NCBI GenBank assembly: GCA_951406725.2
Contig: OX597832.1
Span: forward strand, 41,540,001-41,604,000
DNA from: Octopus vulgaris
Taxonomy: Eukaryota
DNA: 64,000 nucleotides
Reading direction: 5' to 3'
Positions 50,056 to 63,050 of the stretch are shown in pieces. Made by a program: the position numbers and the translations under genes. The notes under the pieces were generated by a model, which ran no database searches, was not told the DNA's origin, and saw only the letters and a list, made by a program, of their open reading frames with translations. Positions within the stretch are counted from its first letter, which is position 1. Every line of letters starts with the position of its first letter.

Positions 50056-50350
50056 TACGACAGGCTTCTTTCAGTTTCCGTCTACCAAATCCACTCACAA
50101 GGCATTGGTCGGCCCGGGGCTATAGCAGAAGACACTTGCCCAAGATGCCACGCAGTGGGACTGAACCCGGAACCATGTGGTTGGTTAGTAAGCTACTTAC
50201 CACACAGCCACTCCTGCGCCGATGTCATTGTTTAGTTTTAGAATGACATTGTAAGGTAAGGCATGAGCCAAGATCTGGCTGGTTTGAAAGTAAAAACATG
50301 TTGAATATTTGAGCTGGATATTATGACCAGTTTGAATGCTAAAAGATTAA
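49693..50350. mobile_element. piggyBac-like MITE P2 split by a full-length family A SINE (49797-50218, minus)
   Basis: Halves align to 13043-13271; CGATG recurs at both SINE junctions. Confidence 0.78.
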
Positions 50351-50418
50351 AACTGCCCCCCAATGCATGATTGCTATATGCTTTATCAACACCTCCACAA
50401 AGATCTTAAATCAGAATG

Positions 50419-50645
50419 TTAAACCTTTTGTTACTGAATTTATTTTGAGATGCTCTGTGTTTCTTTCAATTACTTTAAATATAACTAAGAATTTAGTAAA
50501 ATAACTTAGTTATCATTCAGCTAGTGTTAGGAACATAAATCGTGACTAAGGTTTGGTGGAAGATTTTAATTGAAAACTTATGAAAACAAGATATTTGTAC
50601 TCAAAGCCAGGGCTGGTTTCAGTCGGGTTGGTAACGAAAGGGTAA
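50419..50645. mobile_element. piggyBac-like MITE P1, diverged termini
   Basis: Body matches 7165-7394. Confidence 0.8.
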
Positions 50646-51078
50646 CTACTGTAAGGTGGGGGGGTCTTTTGAATGGATTTCTCTCTCCCATTTCTCTTTC
50701 ACTTCACTGACAATAAAATCATCATCATCATCACCATCACCATTATCATCATCATCATCATCACCATCATTATCATCATCACCACCTTTAACATATACTT
50801 TCCATATTTGCACGGACTGAATGGCTCGACAGGAGCTGGTGAGCACTAAGACTGTACCAAGTTCCAATGTCTTCTTTGGCAAGTAGCCAAAATGGTAAAA
50901 TTTCTTTAAGTCTTATACACTACATTGTACTGCATTACGTCATTGTACATCAAACTGCACTACACTATCTCCACACAACACCACTTTACATCACACTATA
51001 CTACTGGGGCTTAAACAACAACAACACAGTTCAACACTACATTATATTATCGCTCGCTCTGGTTTCACATGTTTAGAT

Positions 51079-51338
51079 CGGTGGTCCTCAACTGGTGTCC
51101 ATATGACTCTTGGGGGGGGGGGGTCATGTAAGATTTTGTTGTTAAAATTTATGTGCAATAAATTGGTTACACTTCTACAATACACAAAATATTTTAACAA
51201 TTTTTTAATACAATTTCTTCTAATATTTAATTATAAAAATATAATAAGATTTTTTTAACATCAAAAAGCTATGATGGTCCACCCAAGTAAAATAGGAATC
51301 AAAGGGGTCCATAGGTAAAAAATGGTTGAGAATGACTG
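51079..51338. mobile_element. hAT-like MITE
   Basis: CGGTGGTCCTCAAC ... GTTGAGAATGACTG; 8-bp flanks GTTTAGAT / GTTTAAAT (7/8). Confidence 0.75.
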
Positions 51339-52016
51339 GTTTAAATTGATGAGAAACGCAACAGCCTTGGAAAAGATGCTAGCCTATCACAGATTACATT
51401 TTGCTAGATGATCCGTTACTTTTTCCCAACAGCCTGGGGAAGTGAGTTATTGATGTAGAACTGTGAATACTACCCAGAATGCTTTTGATCATAGATTTGC
51501 TTGATCAGAGTTCATCAAGGGCTAAAAACAATATCAACTACAACAAAAGCACAATTCTCAAAACCACCACCACTACTCCAACTACCATCACCACACAACT
51601 ACCACTACAATGATTACTATAAACAATGGAGCTACCATTCTGAACAACATTACTATTAACTACCTAAACCACATTCAACCATCAACAAAACCAGCACCAC
51701 CTTGAATATTACTACTACTACTACTACTACTACTACTACAACCACCACCACCACCACCACCATCACCACCACCACTACTACTACGTCTCACTGCCACCAC
51801 CATCATTACCTAAGTCACAATCAACTAACAACAACTACAACATAAGTCTGTCCATTTCTAACCGGTTAGAAATGCCTGGAATTTTTCATTTTTGTCTTTA
51901 AAATATTTAAAATATTTCTAAGATAAATTTTTATTTCATACATATGTATGTCAATGTTTAACACACACACACACACATACAAACACAAACCCATATTTGG
52001 TCATGCACACACACAC

Positions 52017-52047
<31 letters not shown>

Positions 52048-52419
52048 GCAGAAGTAAAATGATTAAGTAGACGTTGTATAAAATGACCAGGTGAAAAACG
52101 TTGACTTCAAACCCGTTGAGACTACTTCCTTGCATCGTTATTTGCACTGTACACTTAATTCTTTCTTTTTCTTTCGTTTCTTTAATGAGTGGGTTAGGAA
52201 AGTGCCCATGACACTTCTGCAGGTACCTCTAGACTGGGAAAAAGGAGGTAAAAAGGGTAAAATTTTGAGATATTTTGACCAGAAATCATTGAGCCAAAGA
52301 TCAGGTGAAAATATCTGTAAGAGAAGGACATGGCTGCTGGTGCGCTATACAACACAATCCTCGTTAGCTGGAGCACTTTTGATCATTTGATCATTGGCCT
52401 GCATTTAAACAAAATACGA

Positions 52420-53300
52420 GCACCAACAGATCCCTACAAATAGCACATTGCCACAGACAGCTATCATCACACCACTAGAGGCACCAACACATTCCTACAG
52501 ATAACCTACTACCACACTACGTAAGGCACTGACAAATCCCTACAGACAGCTACCACTAGGGGCACTAGTACATTCCAACAGATAGCTATCGGGGCAAAAT
52601 GCGTAGCCGTATTTCATCTGCCATTACGTTCTGAGTTCAAATTCCGCCGAGGTCGACTTTGCCTTTCATCCTTTCAGGGTTGATAAATTAAGTACCAGTT
52701 ACGCACTGGGGTCAATGTAATTGACTTAATTCGTTTGTCTGTCCTTGTTTGTCCCCTCTGTGTGTAGCCCCTTGTGGGTAGTGGAGAAACGTATCAGCAC
52801 AGTGTTACAAGTACCAACACATTTCTACAGACAACATTACCACTACAAGAAACAATACATCCTTTATAGACACCACTACAGCACTAACACGTCCCTACAA
52901 AGTGCATCACCACTGCACCAGTAGATGCAACAATACAAGGGGGGTGCTGAAAAGTTCTTGGCTTTGGGTAAAAGAAAATACAAGGGGATTAATCAATTAT
53001 GATTTCATTCAACATATTCCCCTCTCAAACTCACACACTTATTGAAGTAGCCCTTCAGTTTTTCTAAGTGCTGTAAAAGAACTTGGAATGCTGGGCCTCC
53101 AACCAGGTCTTTTCTGACACCCTTAAAGTCAAGAACTTTTCGGCACCCCCTCATACATCTTTACAAACAGCACTACCCCAACAAGCACCAGCACAGCCTT
53201 TATAGATACCACAAGCATCCACACATCCCTTAAGACACTATTAGAGGCACCCACATCACTACCACACCACTATAGGTAACAACACAGCACTACCATCATA
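52420..53300. repeat. Degenerate ~35-40-bp minisatellite interrupted by SINE B (52590-52790) and a MITE
   Basis: Recurrent GCACCAACACATTCCTACAGA..CACCACTA units. Confidence 0.6.
52934..53155. mobile_element. mariner-type MITE
   Basis: TACAAGGGGGGTGCTGAAAAGTTCTTGGCTTT / AAAGTCAAGAACTTTTCGGCACCCCCTCATA inverted termini. Confidence 0.78.
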
Positions 53301-53307
53301 CAGGTAC

Positions 53308-53720
53308 AAGCTGGCAGAAACGTTAGCATGCCGGGCGAAATGTGTAGCCATATTTCGCCTGCCGTTATGTTCTGAGTTCAAATTCCACCGAGGTCGACTT
53401 TACCTTTCATTCTTTCGGGGTCGATAAATTAAGTACCAGTTACGCACTGGGGCCGATATAATCGACTAATTCCGCTTGTCTGTCCTTGTTTGTCCTCTCT
53501 GTGTTTAGCCCCTTGTAGGTAGTAAAGAAATAGGTATTTCGTTTGTCATTATGTTCTGAGTTCAAATTCCGCCGAGGTCGACTTTGCCTTTCATCCTTTC
53601 GGGGTCGATAAATTAAGTACCAGTTACGCACTGGGGCCGATATAATCGACTTAATCCGCTTGTCTGTCCTTGTTTGTCCCCTCTGTGTTTAGCCCCTTGT
53701 GGGTAGTAAAGAAATAGGTA
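53308..53720 (+). mobile_element. SINE family B tandem dimer
   Basis: Same architecture and junction as 39085-39495. Confidence 0.88.
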
Positions 53721-54249
53721 CCAGCTATCACCACTTCAACTATCGTATGACTGTTTTAGACTACCACTTAAAGACTAAAAATTTACAGGTTCAATTAAAA
53801 CTTAATCCATTCAACCTTTATCCTCTACATTCTCTTAAATACAAAACTCTCCTGATCCTTTTATCTTATCAGTCATCCATGTGACAGGGGCACTTAGTCT
53901 TGCACTCTGTATAACTCTTTCTATACTTAACTGTTGTTACTAAATTTTATCTGTCTGGGGTTGTTCAGACAGGCAAAAGGTTAACTGCCATTGTTATCAG
54001 CACACAAGTGGGGAACTGAAGTACATTAGAGACAAAGTTGATTGCTGTTGAATGTCCTTAATTGTCTACCTATGTTCAAGATTTTTACATAAGTGTAACA
54101 TAACATTAAGCCCAGACATCGTTTTTTGTTTTTTTTTGCGTAGGGTTTACCTGAGATGAACCAGTAATACTATGGAGGAAGGTGTTTTATTATTTAGCTC
54201 CAGGCAAGCCCTGTTCTAGTAACTGTATCGTAAGAGAAATTCTAACCCT

Positions 54250-54387
54250 AGGACTTATTTTTTAAGCCTGGTACTTATTCTATCAGTCTTGTTTGCCGAA
54301 CTGTTAAGTTATGGGGACATAAGCACATTGACACTGATTGTCAAGCAGTGAGGGGGGAACAGATATAAAGACACACACATAGATAAA

Positions 54388-54448
<61 letters not shown>

Positions 54449-54545
54449 CAATGGGCTTCTTTCAGTTTCTGTCTACTAAATCTACTCACAAGGTTTTGGT
54501 TGGCCCAAGGCTATAGTAGAAGACACTTGCCCAAAGTGCCATGCT
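54250..54545 (-). mobile_element. SINE family A fragment
   Basis: Homology to consensus. Confidence 0.8.
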
Positions 54546-54551
54546 TCATAC

Positions 54552-54586
<35 letters not shown>

Positions 54587-55129
54587 TCATTCACAAACTT
54601 TCATAAGTTATGGGGACATCAGTTATGGGGATACCAACACCAATTGTCAAGCAATATATATAGATAGATAGATAGATATATATTATATATATTTGGTGTG
54701 TTGTCTTAGGGTTAGAATGTTGCACTCATGGTTGACAGATCATGAGTTCAATTCCTGGACCAGGTGGTGCATTGTGTTCTTGAGCAAAACACTTCATTGC
54801 ACATTTCTCCAGTCCACTCAGCTGTGACAGACTAGCCTTCCTAACCACTAGACCACACACTATCACACATTATTGGATGGTTGGTGACTCCCTTGAGTTG
54901 CTCTGTCTTTTGATGGGTTTTGTTTCTCCTCCTGCAAGATGTCCAATAAATCAGTTCAGTCACCAACAGCCCAATCATGTGACAGGTTATACTGGGTTAC
55001 ATGTTACCAGTTACGCTTGAAAGTGACCTGACATTGTCTGAAATGTTGCCCTTCCTTCTTTTTTTAAAAAAAGATGATAGGACTTAAGTCAGAATAAATT
55101 TGGCTGCTATTTCTTGTAATTCCACTAAC

Positions 55130-55401
55130 CATGTAGAAGCTCTCGATGATAACAACTGTTAAGGTGTGTTATAGAAAATGCTGTTGGAGTGTGAAGTGGT
55201 GAATGTTGGGGTTTGTGATTTGGAGGGAGGATATACTGTGAATGAAGTGGTCGTGTGCTGTTTGCGATAAGGGGCTGGTTCTTATCAATATCTATAATCT
55301 TTGCTATATTTCCATAGCTGATGAGAGACAGATCTTTCCTTGAATAGGGACTAGGTCCAATGCAAGTAGGATTTCCTGCCAAAGGAAGGGAACCCAGTAT
55401 T
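55130..55401 (-). CDS. Candidate coding exon (272 nt), product unknown
   Basis: Acceptor TTTGCTTACTTAG, 90 open codons ILGSLPLAGNPTCIGPSPYSRKDLSLISYGNIAKIIDIDK...CYHRELLH, donor G|GTTAGT; non-repetitive sequence. Confidence 0.4.
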
Positions 55402-55762
55402 CTAAGTAAGCAAACTGCTCATTATTTCCCTAATGTTACAACTGCTTACAACATTCAGCTCGTTATTAAGCCAATTACAGACAGTATCAATCAACATGGT
55501 TGTTTTTAACCTGTGCGAAATAGCAGACAAATCTTTGAATCATATCCTACTGTTTCACTGACAATGGCTAATATATTTCGTGATGTACAATAAATAAATA
55601 AATAAATAAATAAAAAGACAGAAATGCCATGGCTGGAACTCTTTTGATTATTGGTTTGCTTGATCAGGTCTGATCAGAGGCTAAACAATAATAACAATGA
55701 ACTATACTATCCTATGGTACTACCTACTAAGAGCCAAGTAGACTGAGCCACTGAGACACAGA

Positions 55763-56340
55763 CATCATCATCATCGTTTAGCGTCCGCTTTCCATGCTGG
55801 CATGGGTTGGACGGTGCAACTGGGGTCTGGGAAGCCAGAAGGCTGCACCAGGCCCAGTCTGATCTGGCAATGTTTCTACAGCTGGATGCCCTTCCTAACG
55901 CCAACCACTCCATGAGTGTAGTGGGTGCTTTTTACGTGCCACCGGCACAGAGGCCAGGCGAGGTTGACAACGGCCACGATCGGATGGTGCTTTTTACGTG
56001 CCACCGGCACGGAGGCCAGGCGAGGCTGGCAACGGCCACGATCAGATGGTGCTTTTTACGTGCCACCAGCACGGAGGCCAGACGAGGCTGGCAAACGGCC
56101 ACGATCGGATGGTACTTTTTACATGCCACCGGCACGGAGGCCAGGCAAGGCTGGCAATGGCCACGATCTGATGGTGCTTTTTACATGCCACCAGCACAGA
56201 AGCCAGACGAGGCTGGCAAACGGCCACGATCGGATGGTACTTTTTACGTGCCACCGGCATGGAAGCCAGTCGGGGCGGTGCTGGCAACGGCCACGTTCGG
56301 ATGGTTCTCTTATGTGCCTCCGGCACTGGTATCACAGCTA
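55763..56340 (-). mobile_element. SINE family C with expanded internal array of 62/63-bp units
   Basis: Units start at 55925, 55987, 56049, 56112, 56174, 56237. Confidence 0.88.
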
Positions 56341-56769
56341 CAATTTCCATTGATGTTGATCGATTTTGATTTTCACTTGCCTCAAGAGGTCAACACAGGA
56401 AATGTGATAGTATATGAACCACATGTATTTTGTTGTTACTGGTTGGTTCCTTGCTAACTCAACCATCTGTACTATCATATGTCCAGTGAAGAAAGCCCTA
56501 TTGTTGCTATTTTGCTACTGTTTTAAGTAGGTGAACTCCTTTACTGCACCACCAGTGCCACCGCCACAAGCAGCAGCAGTCAGTTGTGACCTGGTAGCTT
56601 TATGGTACAACGGTCACCACCAACTCACTCATATGCATAATGTCATACATGCATACAGTCATACACACATTCGTACCATGCATACAGACAGACATTACAT
56701 GCATATAGTCATGTGAATAGCCATACACATGCATGCAATCATATACGCAGATATACACATACATACATG

Positions 56770-56987
56770 CATACTGTCATACACACACACACAAATACAC
56801 ACATGCAAAATCATACACACACAAACACACACAAATACACACATGCAAAATCATACACACACAAACATACACACACACACACACAGACAAACACACACAC
56901 ACACACACACACTTATCTTTGTGTACCCTCCAGGCACTGCAGACTCTACTGTACACACACATACACACACACTTATCTTTGTGTACA

Positions 56988-57021
<34 letters not shown>

Positions 57022-57100
57022 TCTTTGTGTACACACATACACACACACACACACTTATCTTTGTGTACCCTCCAGGCACTGCAGACTCTCCTATACATGC
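56770..57100. repeat. (CA)n-rich compound repeat with higher-order duplications
   Basis: CTTATCTTTGTGTACCCTCCAGGCACTGCAGACTCT duplicated within CA tracts. Confidence 0.8.
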
Positions 57101-57647
57101 AAACACACATTCCCTTGCATACACGACTGCCTCTACATTTTTACCAACACACATACATACCAACAAATTTACCGACACGTATAGACATTTAAACAAATGC
57201 ATGCACACCAGCACAAAAACAGATGCTCTCATACAAATTAGCTTCTCCTTCTTTCTCACCAAACGCATACACACGTAATTTACCGACACATAAATACTTA
57301 AACAAATATGTGCACATACACAAACACAAACATAGTACATTCCCATACAAAAATTAACTACCACACACACACACACACAGACAACATGTAGATGCTTAAA
57401 CAAACATAAACACAGAGGCATTCACATACATACATACATGCACACTTGGATATATTCAAACACATTGACCCTCAGACGCAAATGCCGACACAAACACACA
57501 CACACCACAAAAGCATTTTATCAACACAGAAATTCTCAAACGCAAAACAAATTAACGAACACATACAAACACACCAACAAAATTTACCGACACACACTGA
57601 CAACACTAGATACATACACATTCAGGAACATAACTACACAGAATATT

Positions 57648-57691
<44 letters not shown>

Positions 57692-57829
57692 CACTGACTG
57701 TCCAACCAGGCAAACCTCCAACTAATATCACTTAAGTTTTGTTTAATTTCAAAAGATATATATTAGTTGTATTCATAGATTCAATGAGTAGGTTTCCCGA
57801 GGGAACAAAGTGCAGTAAAGGAACGATGG

Positions 57830-58140
57830 GGAGGTGGTGGTGGTGGTGGTGGTGATGGTGCGGTGGTGGTGACGGTGGTGGTGGTGGTGATGGTGGTGGT
57901 GATGGTGGTGATGGTGGTGGTGGTGATGGTGGTGGTGATGGTGGTGGTGATGGTGGTGGTGATGGTGGTGGTGTGGTGATGGTGGTGGTGGTGGTGGCAG
58001 TGATAGTGGTGGTGGTGGTGATGGTGGTGGTGACGGTGGTTGTGATGGTGGTGGTGATAGTGGTGGTGACGGTGGTGGTGGTGGCGACGGTGGTGGTGAT
58101 GGTGGTGGTGGTGGTGGTGGAAGAGATGGTGGTGGGGGGC
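57830..58140. repeat. (GGT/GAT)n trinucleotide tract
   Basis: Direct reading. Confidence 0.95.
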
Positions 58141-58687
58141 AGTGATGTTGTTGGTGATTGCAGGGCTCTAGTGACCTATTCTAACTAAATTGCATTGCTG
58201 TGACCTATAAGCCACAATAACTGCACTACATGTTTGGTGGCCGTCCTCATCATCATCATCATCATCATCATTACCTTCACTATGACCATCGTCATCATCA
58301 TCACCACCATCGTCATCATCATGGTTAATAGCATTACTATCACTATGAGCTTTTGTATATTTGTTTTATAATAATACCGTTTGACTTTATTGCTGACTTC
58401 AACCTTACCACTATTACCACCACCACTATTGGAAAACCTACTATTACTGAATTACATCATGGACATGACTACCAACAGCGACAGAAGCAGCTGCAGCAGC
58501 AGCTGCAGCAGCCATAACAACAACAACAACAACAACAGCAACAACAACAAATACAGTCACTAATTGCCAGGGAAAAACTCTGAATAAACACTCATTCAAA
58601 CACACACAGACACAAATTTTAACTGTTGCAGACACATTTTTCATTAAGATTATTATTTAAGGTAGTCAAATGCTAGAATTTGTAGAA

Positions 58688-59208
58688 GGCGCAGGAGTGG
58701 CTGTGTGGTAAGCAGCTTGTTTACCAACCACATGGTCCCGGGTTCAGTCCCACTGCATGGCACCTTGGGCTCCCTGGACCTCAAGTGGCCTGAACTCTTT
58801 ACATGAACACCACCCTGTACTTAACTCCATGTCCCCCTACATGGCCTTGCTATTTGCTTTTGAGCCAAATTAACTAACTAACTAACTAACTACTATAGCC
58901 TCGGGCCGACCAAAGCCTTGTGAGTGGATTTGGTAGACGGAAACTGAAAGAAGCCCGTCGTATATATGTGTATATATGCATGTGTGTGTTTGTGTGTCTG
59001 TGTTTGTTCCCCTAGCATTGCTTGACAACCAATGCTGGTGTGTTTATGTCCCCCGTTACCTAGCGGTTCGGCAAAAGAGACCGATAGAAGAAGTACTGGG
59101 CTTACAAAAGAATAAGTCCCAGGGTCGAGTTGCTCGATTAAAGGCGGTGCTCCAGCATGGCCGCAGTCAAATGACTGAAACAAGTAAAAGAGAGTAAAAG
59201 AGTAGAGT
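58688..59208 (+). mobile_element. SINE family A interrupted by a 120-bp (TAAC)n-tailed insertion (58771-58890)
   Basis: SINE halves collinear with consensus; AAGTGTCTTC missing at the junction. Confidence 0.85.
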
Positions 59209-59729
59209 AAGGCAGATAAAATGCCTGTTTTGGAGGAGGGTATCATCGAACCGAAGACCTGGCCTGAATGTTTACAACAGAGTGGACTCCACTAAAAGCA
59301 TCTAAGGATGGACACACTAAGGACAATGTAACTGGATATACTTAGGGACAATTCTCCCAAATTTGTGTCCCCTTGTTTATGTTCACCACCACCACCACCA
59401 ACACCACTGTCACCACCATCATTATTATCCTCATTATGTCATACTTGCTCAGATTCACATGGCATCTATTTATGTACACACGCACACACATTCACACACA
59501 CGTATGCATATATATGGGTGCGTGGTTAAAAAGTTTGCTTCCCCACTATGTGGTTTTAAGTTCAGTCTCATTGTGCAGCTTCTTGGGTAAGTGTCTTCTG
59601 CTAAAACCCTGGGCTGACCAAAGCTCTATGAGAGGACTTGGTAGACAGAAACTGTGTGTGTGTTTGTTTATACCCTTGTTCTTGACTTCAAGTAATGGTT
59701 GTAACAAACTCCACCATCATACATTCAAT

Positions 59730-59872
59730 GCTGTTCATCTTTTTCAGGAAAGAAAAGGAAAGAAAGAGGATTTTAACGTTTTGAGCGGAGCTCTTCATCA
59801 GAAATATAGAAAAAGTCCAAAGAACGGAAGATGGAGAAAGAAAATCGCCAATGATACACATGTGGTCACATA
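59730..59872 (-). mobile_element. Penelope/retrozyme-like element with hammerhead motif, copy 3
   Basis: Minus 59804-59772 TTT-CTGATGA-A-GAGC-TCC-GCTC-AAAAC-GTT-AAA. Confidence 0.68.
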
Positions 59873-60077
59873 TACACACATGTATGTAATTATACATACA
59901 CATATATAATAAAGATACATATATATACACACATACACACACATACATACTGATAAACACACACATTTATATACATATATACACATGCATGCACATAATA
60001 GATGTATCTATATATGAACATGTACGTACATACATACACACACACACACACACATTGACTTATTGTAGGCATTACTT

Positions 60078-60159
60078 AAAGAAGCTTTGTACCAAACATC
60101 AGTTCTTGAGATAGTATTTAAAATTCCATCTCAAAAACTGATGTTTGCAAAGCTTCTTT
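60078..60159. repeat. 82-nt hairpin (pre-miRNA-like geometry)
   Basis: AAAGAAGCTTTG(TAC)CAAACATCAGTTCTTGAGAT / ATCTCAAAAACTGATGTTTGCAAAGCTTCTTT with 15-nt loop. Confidence 0.85.
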
Positions 60160-60214
60160 GATGTCTACAATAACAATTAATATACATGCGTGTATATCTG
60201 TCTGTCTATCTATT

Positions 60215-60485
60215 TGCTACACCAACGCCAGAACAGGTCGACACTGCACAGTGCCAAAAATCCTAGCAATGCTACTGCGCTTCAGGACCAGCTCCTGCAA
60301 CAGCCTGGGTTTCAGAGGCCCATGGCTTTTTGATATTCTCCCAAAGAGCCTGAGGGACCTACACACGGTGGATGTAGGTGTTTCCAAATCAAAACTGGAC
60401 CTTTTCCTGTCGAAAGACCCAGATGAACCTACCTTGCGACAAGAGGTGCAAACAAGGGTAGCGACATCAAACACCCTCATTCAGA
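60215..60485 (+). mobile_element. CR1/L2-group LINE ORF2 C-terminal fragment
   Basis: RTGRHC..P, SLGFRGPWLFDILPKSLRDL...KSKLDLFL..DPDEP. Confidence 0.75.
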
Positions 60486-60897
60486 AAAGATTCAGAAAAA
60501 TTATATTACATACATATAAGAGGGATGACCACTAGGTGGACATCCAATATGCTAAAAGTCGACCCCGTATGGTCTAACCATGTTCTCTAATCGTCAGGTT
60601 TTGATGCAGAAAATTATTTTCTGCAGAGTCATTTCTGGCTTCGGCACACCAAAATGGAGACATTTGAAATATACCCCCAAATATAATTGACAGAACTGTA
60701 TGCAGGTTCTCTTTCATGTGGACGTCTCATGTACAGGTCTGCAAATTATAATTTCTATGACGGTCGCACTGATGATTTGCGGATATTTACACTTGCGAAA
60801 ATAAATTTAAGACTGATGATAAAAGTTTTATTTCTTACAAAATATTTTGTTACTAACACCATACAAATTATTTTTATCTTTTACACCTTATATATAT

Positions 60898-60954
<57 letters not shown>

Positions 60955-61364
60955 CATACATATATATACACACACATATATATATATACATACATATATA
61001 TATATCTTAATAATTAGGGTTCAGCAAAGATTCATGCCGAATTCTACTTGGTGAAATTATTGATTACTTCTTAATTAATTAATTTTACCCTTTGTTATTA
61101 TATATATATCAATATAAGCAACAAGGATATCCAGAGGTAATGCAGTACGATTGTTTCATGCAACTCCATTTAATTGAACAATTCAATCATTTCATGGCAT
61201 CAATTTAAAATGTAGAACAATCTTTAGCTGCACAAAGATATAAAATTTAATTAAATTTGATCAGAAGCACACATTAGTATAATTTTACCTAAAATCTCCC
61301 AAGAAGTTAAGGAGATAGACAAAGAACATGTTGTACCAACAACATGATACTTGTAGATCATCTT

Positions 61365-61417
<53 letters not shown>

Positions 61418-61487
61418 CATACATACATTCATATATAAATATATAAATATATATATATACATACATTTATAGATATATATATACATT

Positions 61488-61526
<39 letters not shown>

Positions 61527-61928
61527 CATATATACATACATACATATATATATAAATATATATATATATACATACATTTATATAGATATATATATATATT
61601 TATTATATATATATATATATATAAATATATGTATGTGTTTGTGCGTATGTGTATTTTATATTATAAATATATAAATGTCTAACACATAAACACACACACA
61701 CGTATATATAGATATAGATATATATAAATATATATCTAAATGTATATACATATGTATATATATATTGATTACGGTATATTGTTATTCCCTGCTCAAGATT
61801 CAGACATGATAAAGAAATATATATGTGTTATATTTACACACACACATACACTAACACACACACACACACACACAAGACACACACACACACACACACACTA
61901 ACACACACATACGCAGACACATACACAT

Positions 61929-61964
<36 letters not shown>

Positions 61965-62238
61965 CACATGCATACATGAGTATGTGTGTATGTATACACA
62001 CAAGCATGCAAATGTTTTAAAATATTTTAGTAGAACAAATGTGTAAAGTGTGTTTATCTTTAGAAAGCACTTCAATTACTGTCAAGTTGTCTTTTATAAA
62101 ATTAGTTTGGAAAGAGAAAAGAAAACACAATAATTTAATAACCAGATAAACAAGAAACGTAATTATTATCTGCTACATCATCATCATCATCATCATCATC
62201 GTCGTAGTCATCAATGTTGTTTTCAGCATCGTCTTTGA

Positions 62239-62269
<31 letters not shown>

Positions 62270-62292
62270 GTTATTGTTGTGTACCACCTTAC

Positions 62293-62383
62293 CACGGTGC
62301 TTGCCCTAATAATTTATCATTATCGGGGAATTTTGTGTCTTTGTTTTTTTCATTTAATGTCAACTTTGAAATATGATCATTGA
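62293..62383 (-). CDS. Candidate coding exon (about 91 nt), product unknown
   Basis: Open frame NDHISKLTLNEKNKDTKFPDNDKLLGQAP ending at donor TG|GTAAGG; acceptor weak (AAAACAG) so the 5' boundary is uncertain. Confidence 0.3.
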
Positions 62384-62544
62384 CTGTTTTTTTTGGTAGT
62401 AAATGAGGGAGGAGTTGAGGGAGAAGGAGAGGAGAATATGTGTGTGTGTACATGTGTGTTTGTGTGTGTGCGTGTGTGTGTGTGTGTGTGTGTAAATGTA
62501 GAGGGGAAAGATGAGGAGGCAGAAGAGAAGGAAGCAAGGAAAGA

Positions 62545-62567
62545 AAATAATAATAATAATGATGATG

Positions 62568-62598
<31 letters not shown>

Positions 62599-63050
62599 GC
62601 AGAAGAAGAAGAAGAAGAAGAAGAAGAAGAAGAAGAAGAAGAAGAAGAAGAAGAAGAAGAAGAAGAAGAAGAAGATGATGATGAAGAAGAAGATGATGAT
62701 GAAGATGAAGAAGGAGATGATGATGATGATGAAGAAGAAGAAGAAGAAGAAAAGAAGAAGAAGAAGAAGATTATGATGATGAAGAAGATGATGATGAAGA
62801 GGAAGAAGAAGGAGAAGAAGAAGAAGAAGAAGAAGAAGAAGAAGAAGAAGAAGAAGAAGAAGATGAAGAAGAAGAAGATGATGATGATGAAGAAGATGAT
62901 GATGAAGATGAAGAAGAAGAAGAAGAAGAAGAAGAAGAAGAAGAAGAAGACGAAGAAGAAGAAGAAGAAGAAGAAGAAGAAGAAGAAGAAGAAGAAGAAG
63001 AAGAAGAAGATAACGAAGAAGAAGATAAAGAAGAAGATGATGATGATGAT
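62545..63050. repeat. (AAT)n followed by ~450-bp (GAA/GAT)n tract
   Basis: Direct reading. Confidence 0.95.

Noticed and set aside
51433-51441. Possible 9-nt plus-strand microexon (TTTTTCCCAACAG|CCTGGGGAA|GTGAGT)
   Set aside because: No other plus-strand gene evidence nearby; such matches arise by chance in 64 kb and would need junction reads
52091-52400. Unique-sequence ORFs on both strands
   Set aside because: No recognisable motif; candidate minus-strand acceptors give early stops in the phase needed after the 55130 exon
55807-56457. 216-aa and overlapping ORFs, and CRISPR-like regular spacing
   Set aside because: Entire units repeat with no unique spacers, no cas genes, eukaryotic SINE context; the ORFs are by-products of GC-rich tandem units
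56713-57421. Long His/Thr- and Cys/Val-rich ORFs
   Set aside because: (CA)n/(TG)n translation artefacts; the same applies to the many IY/YI, HT and RE ORFs elsewhere
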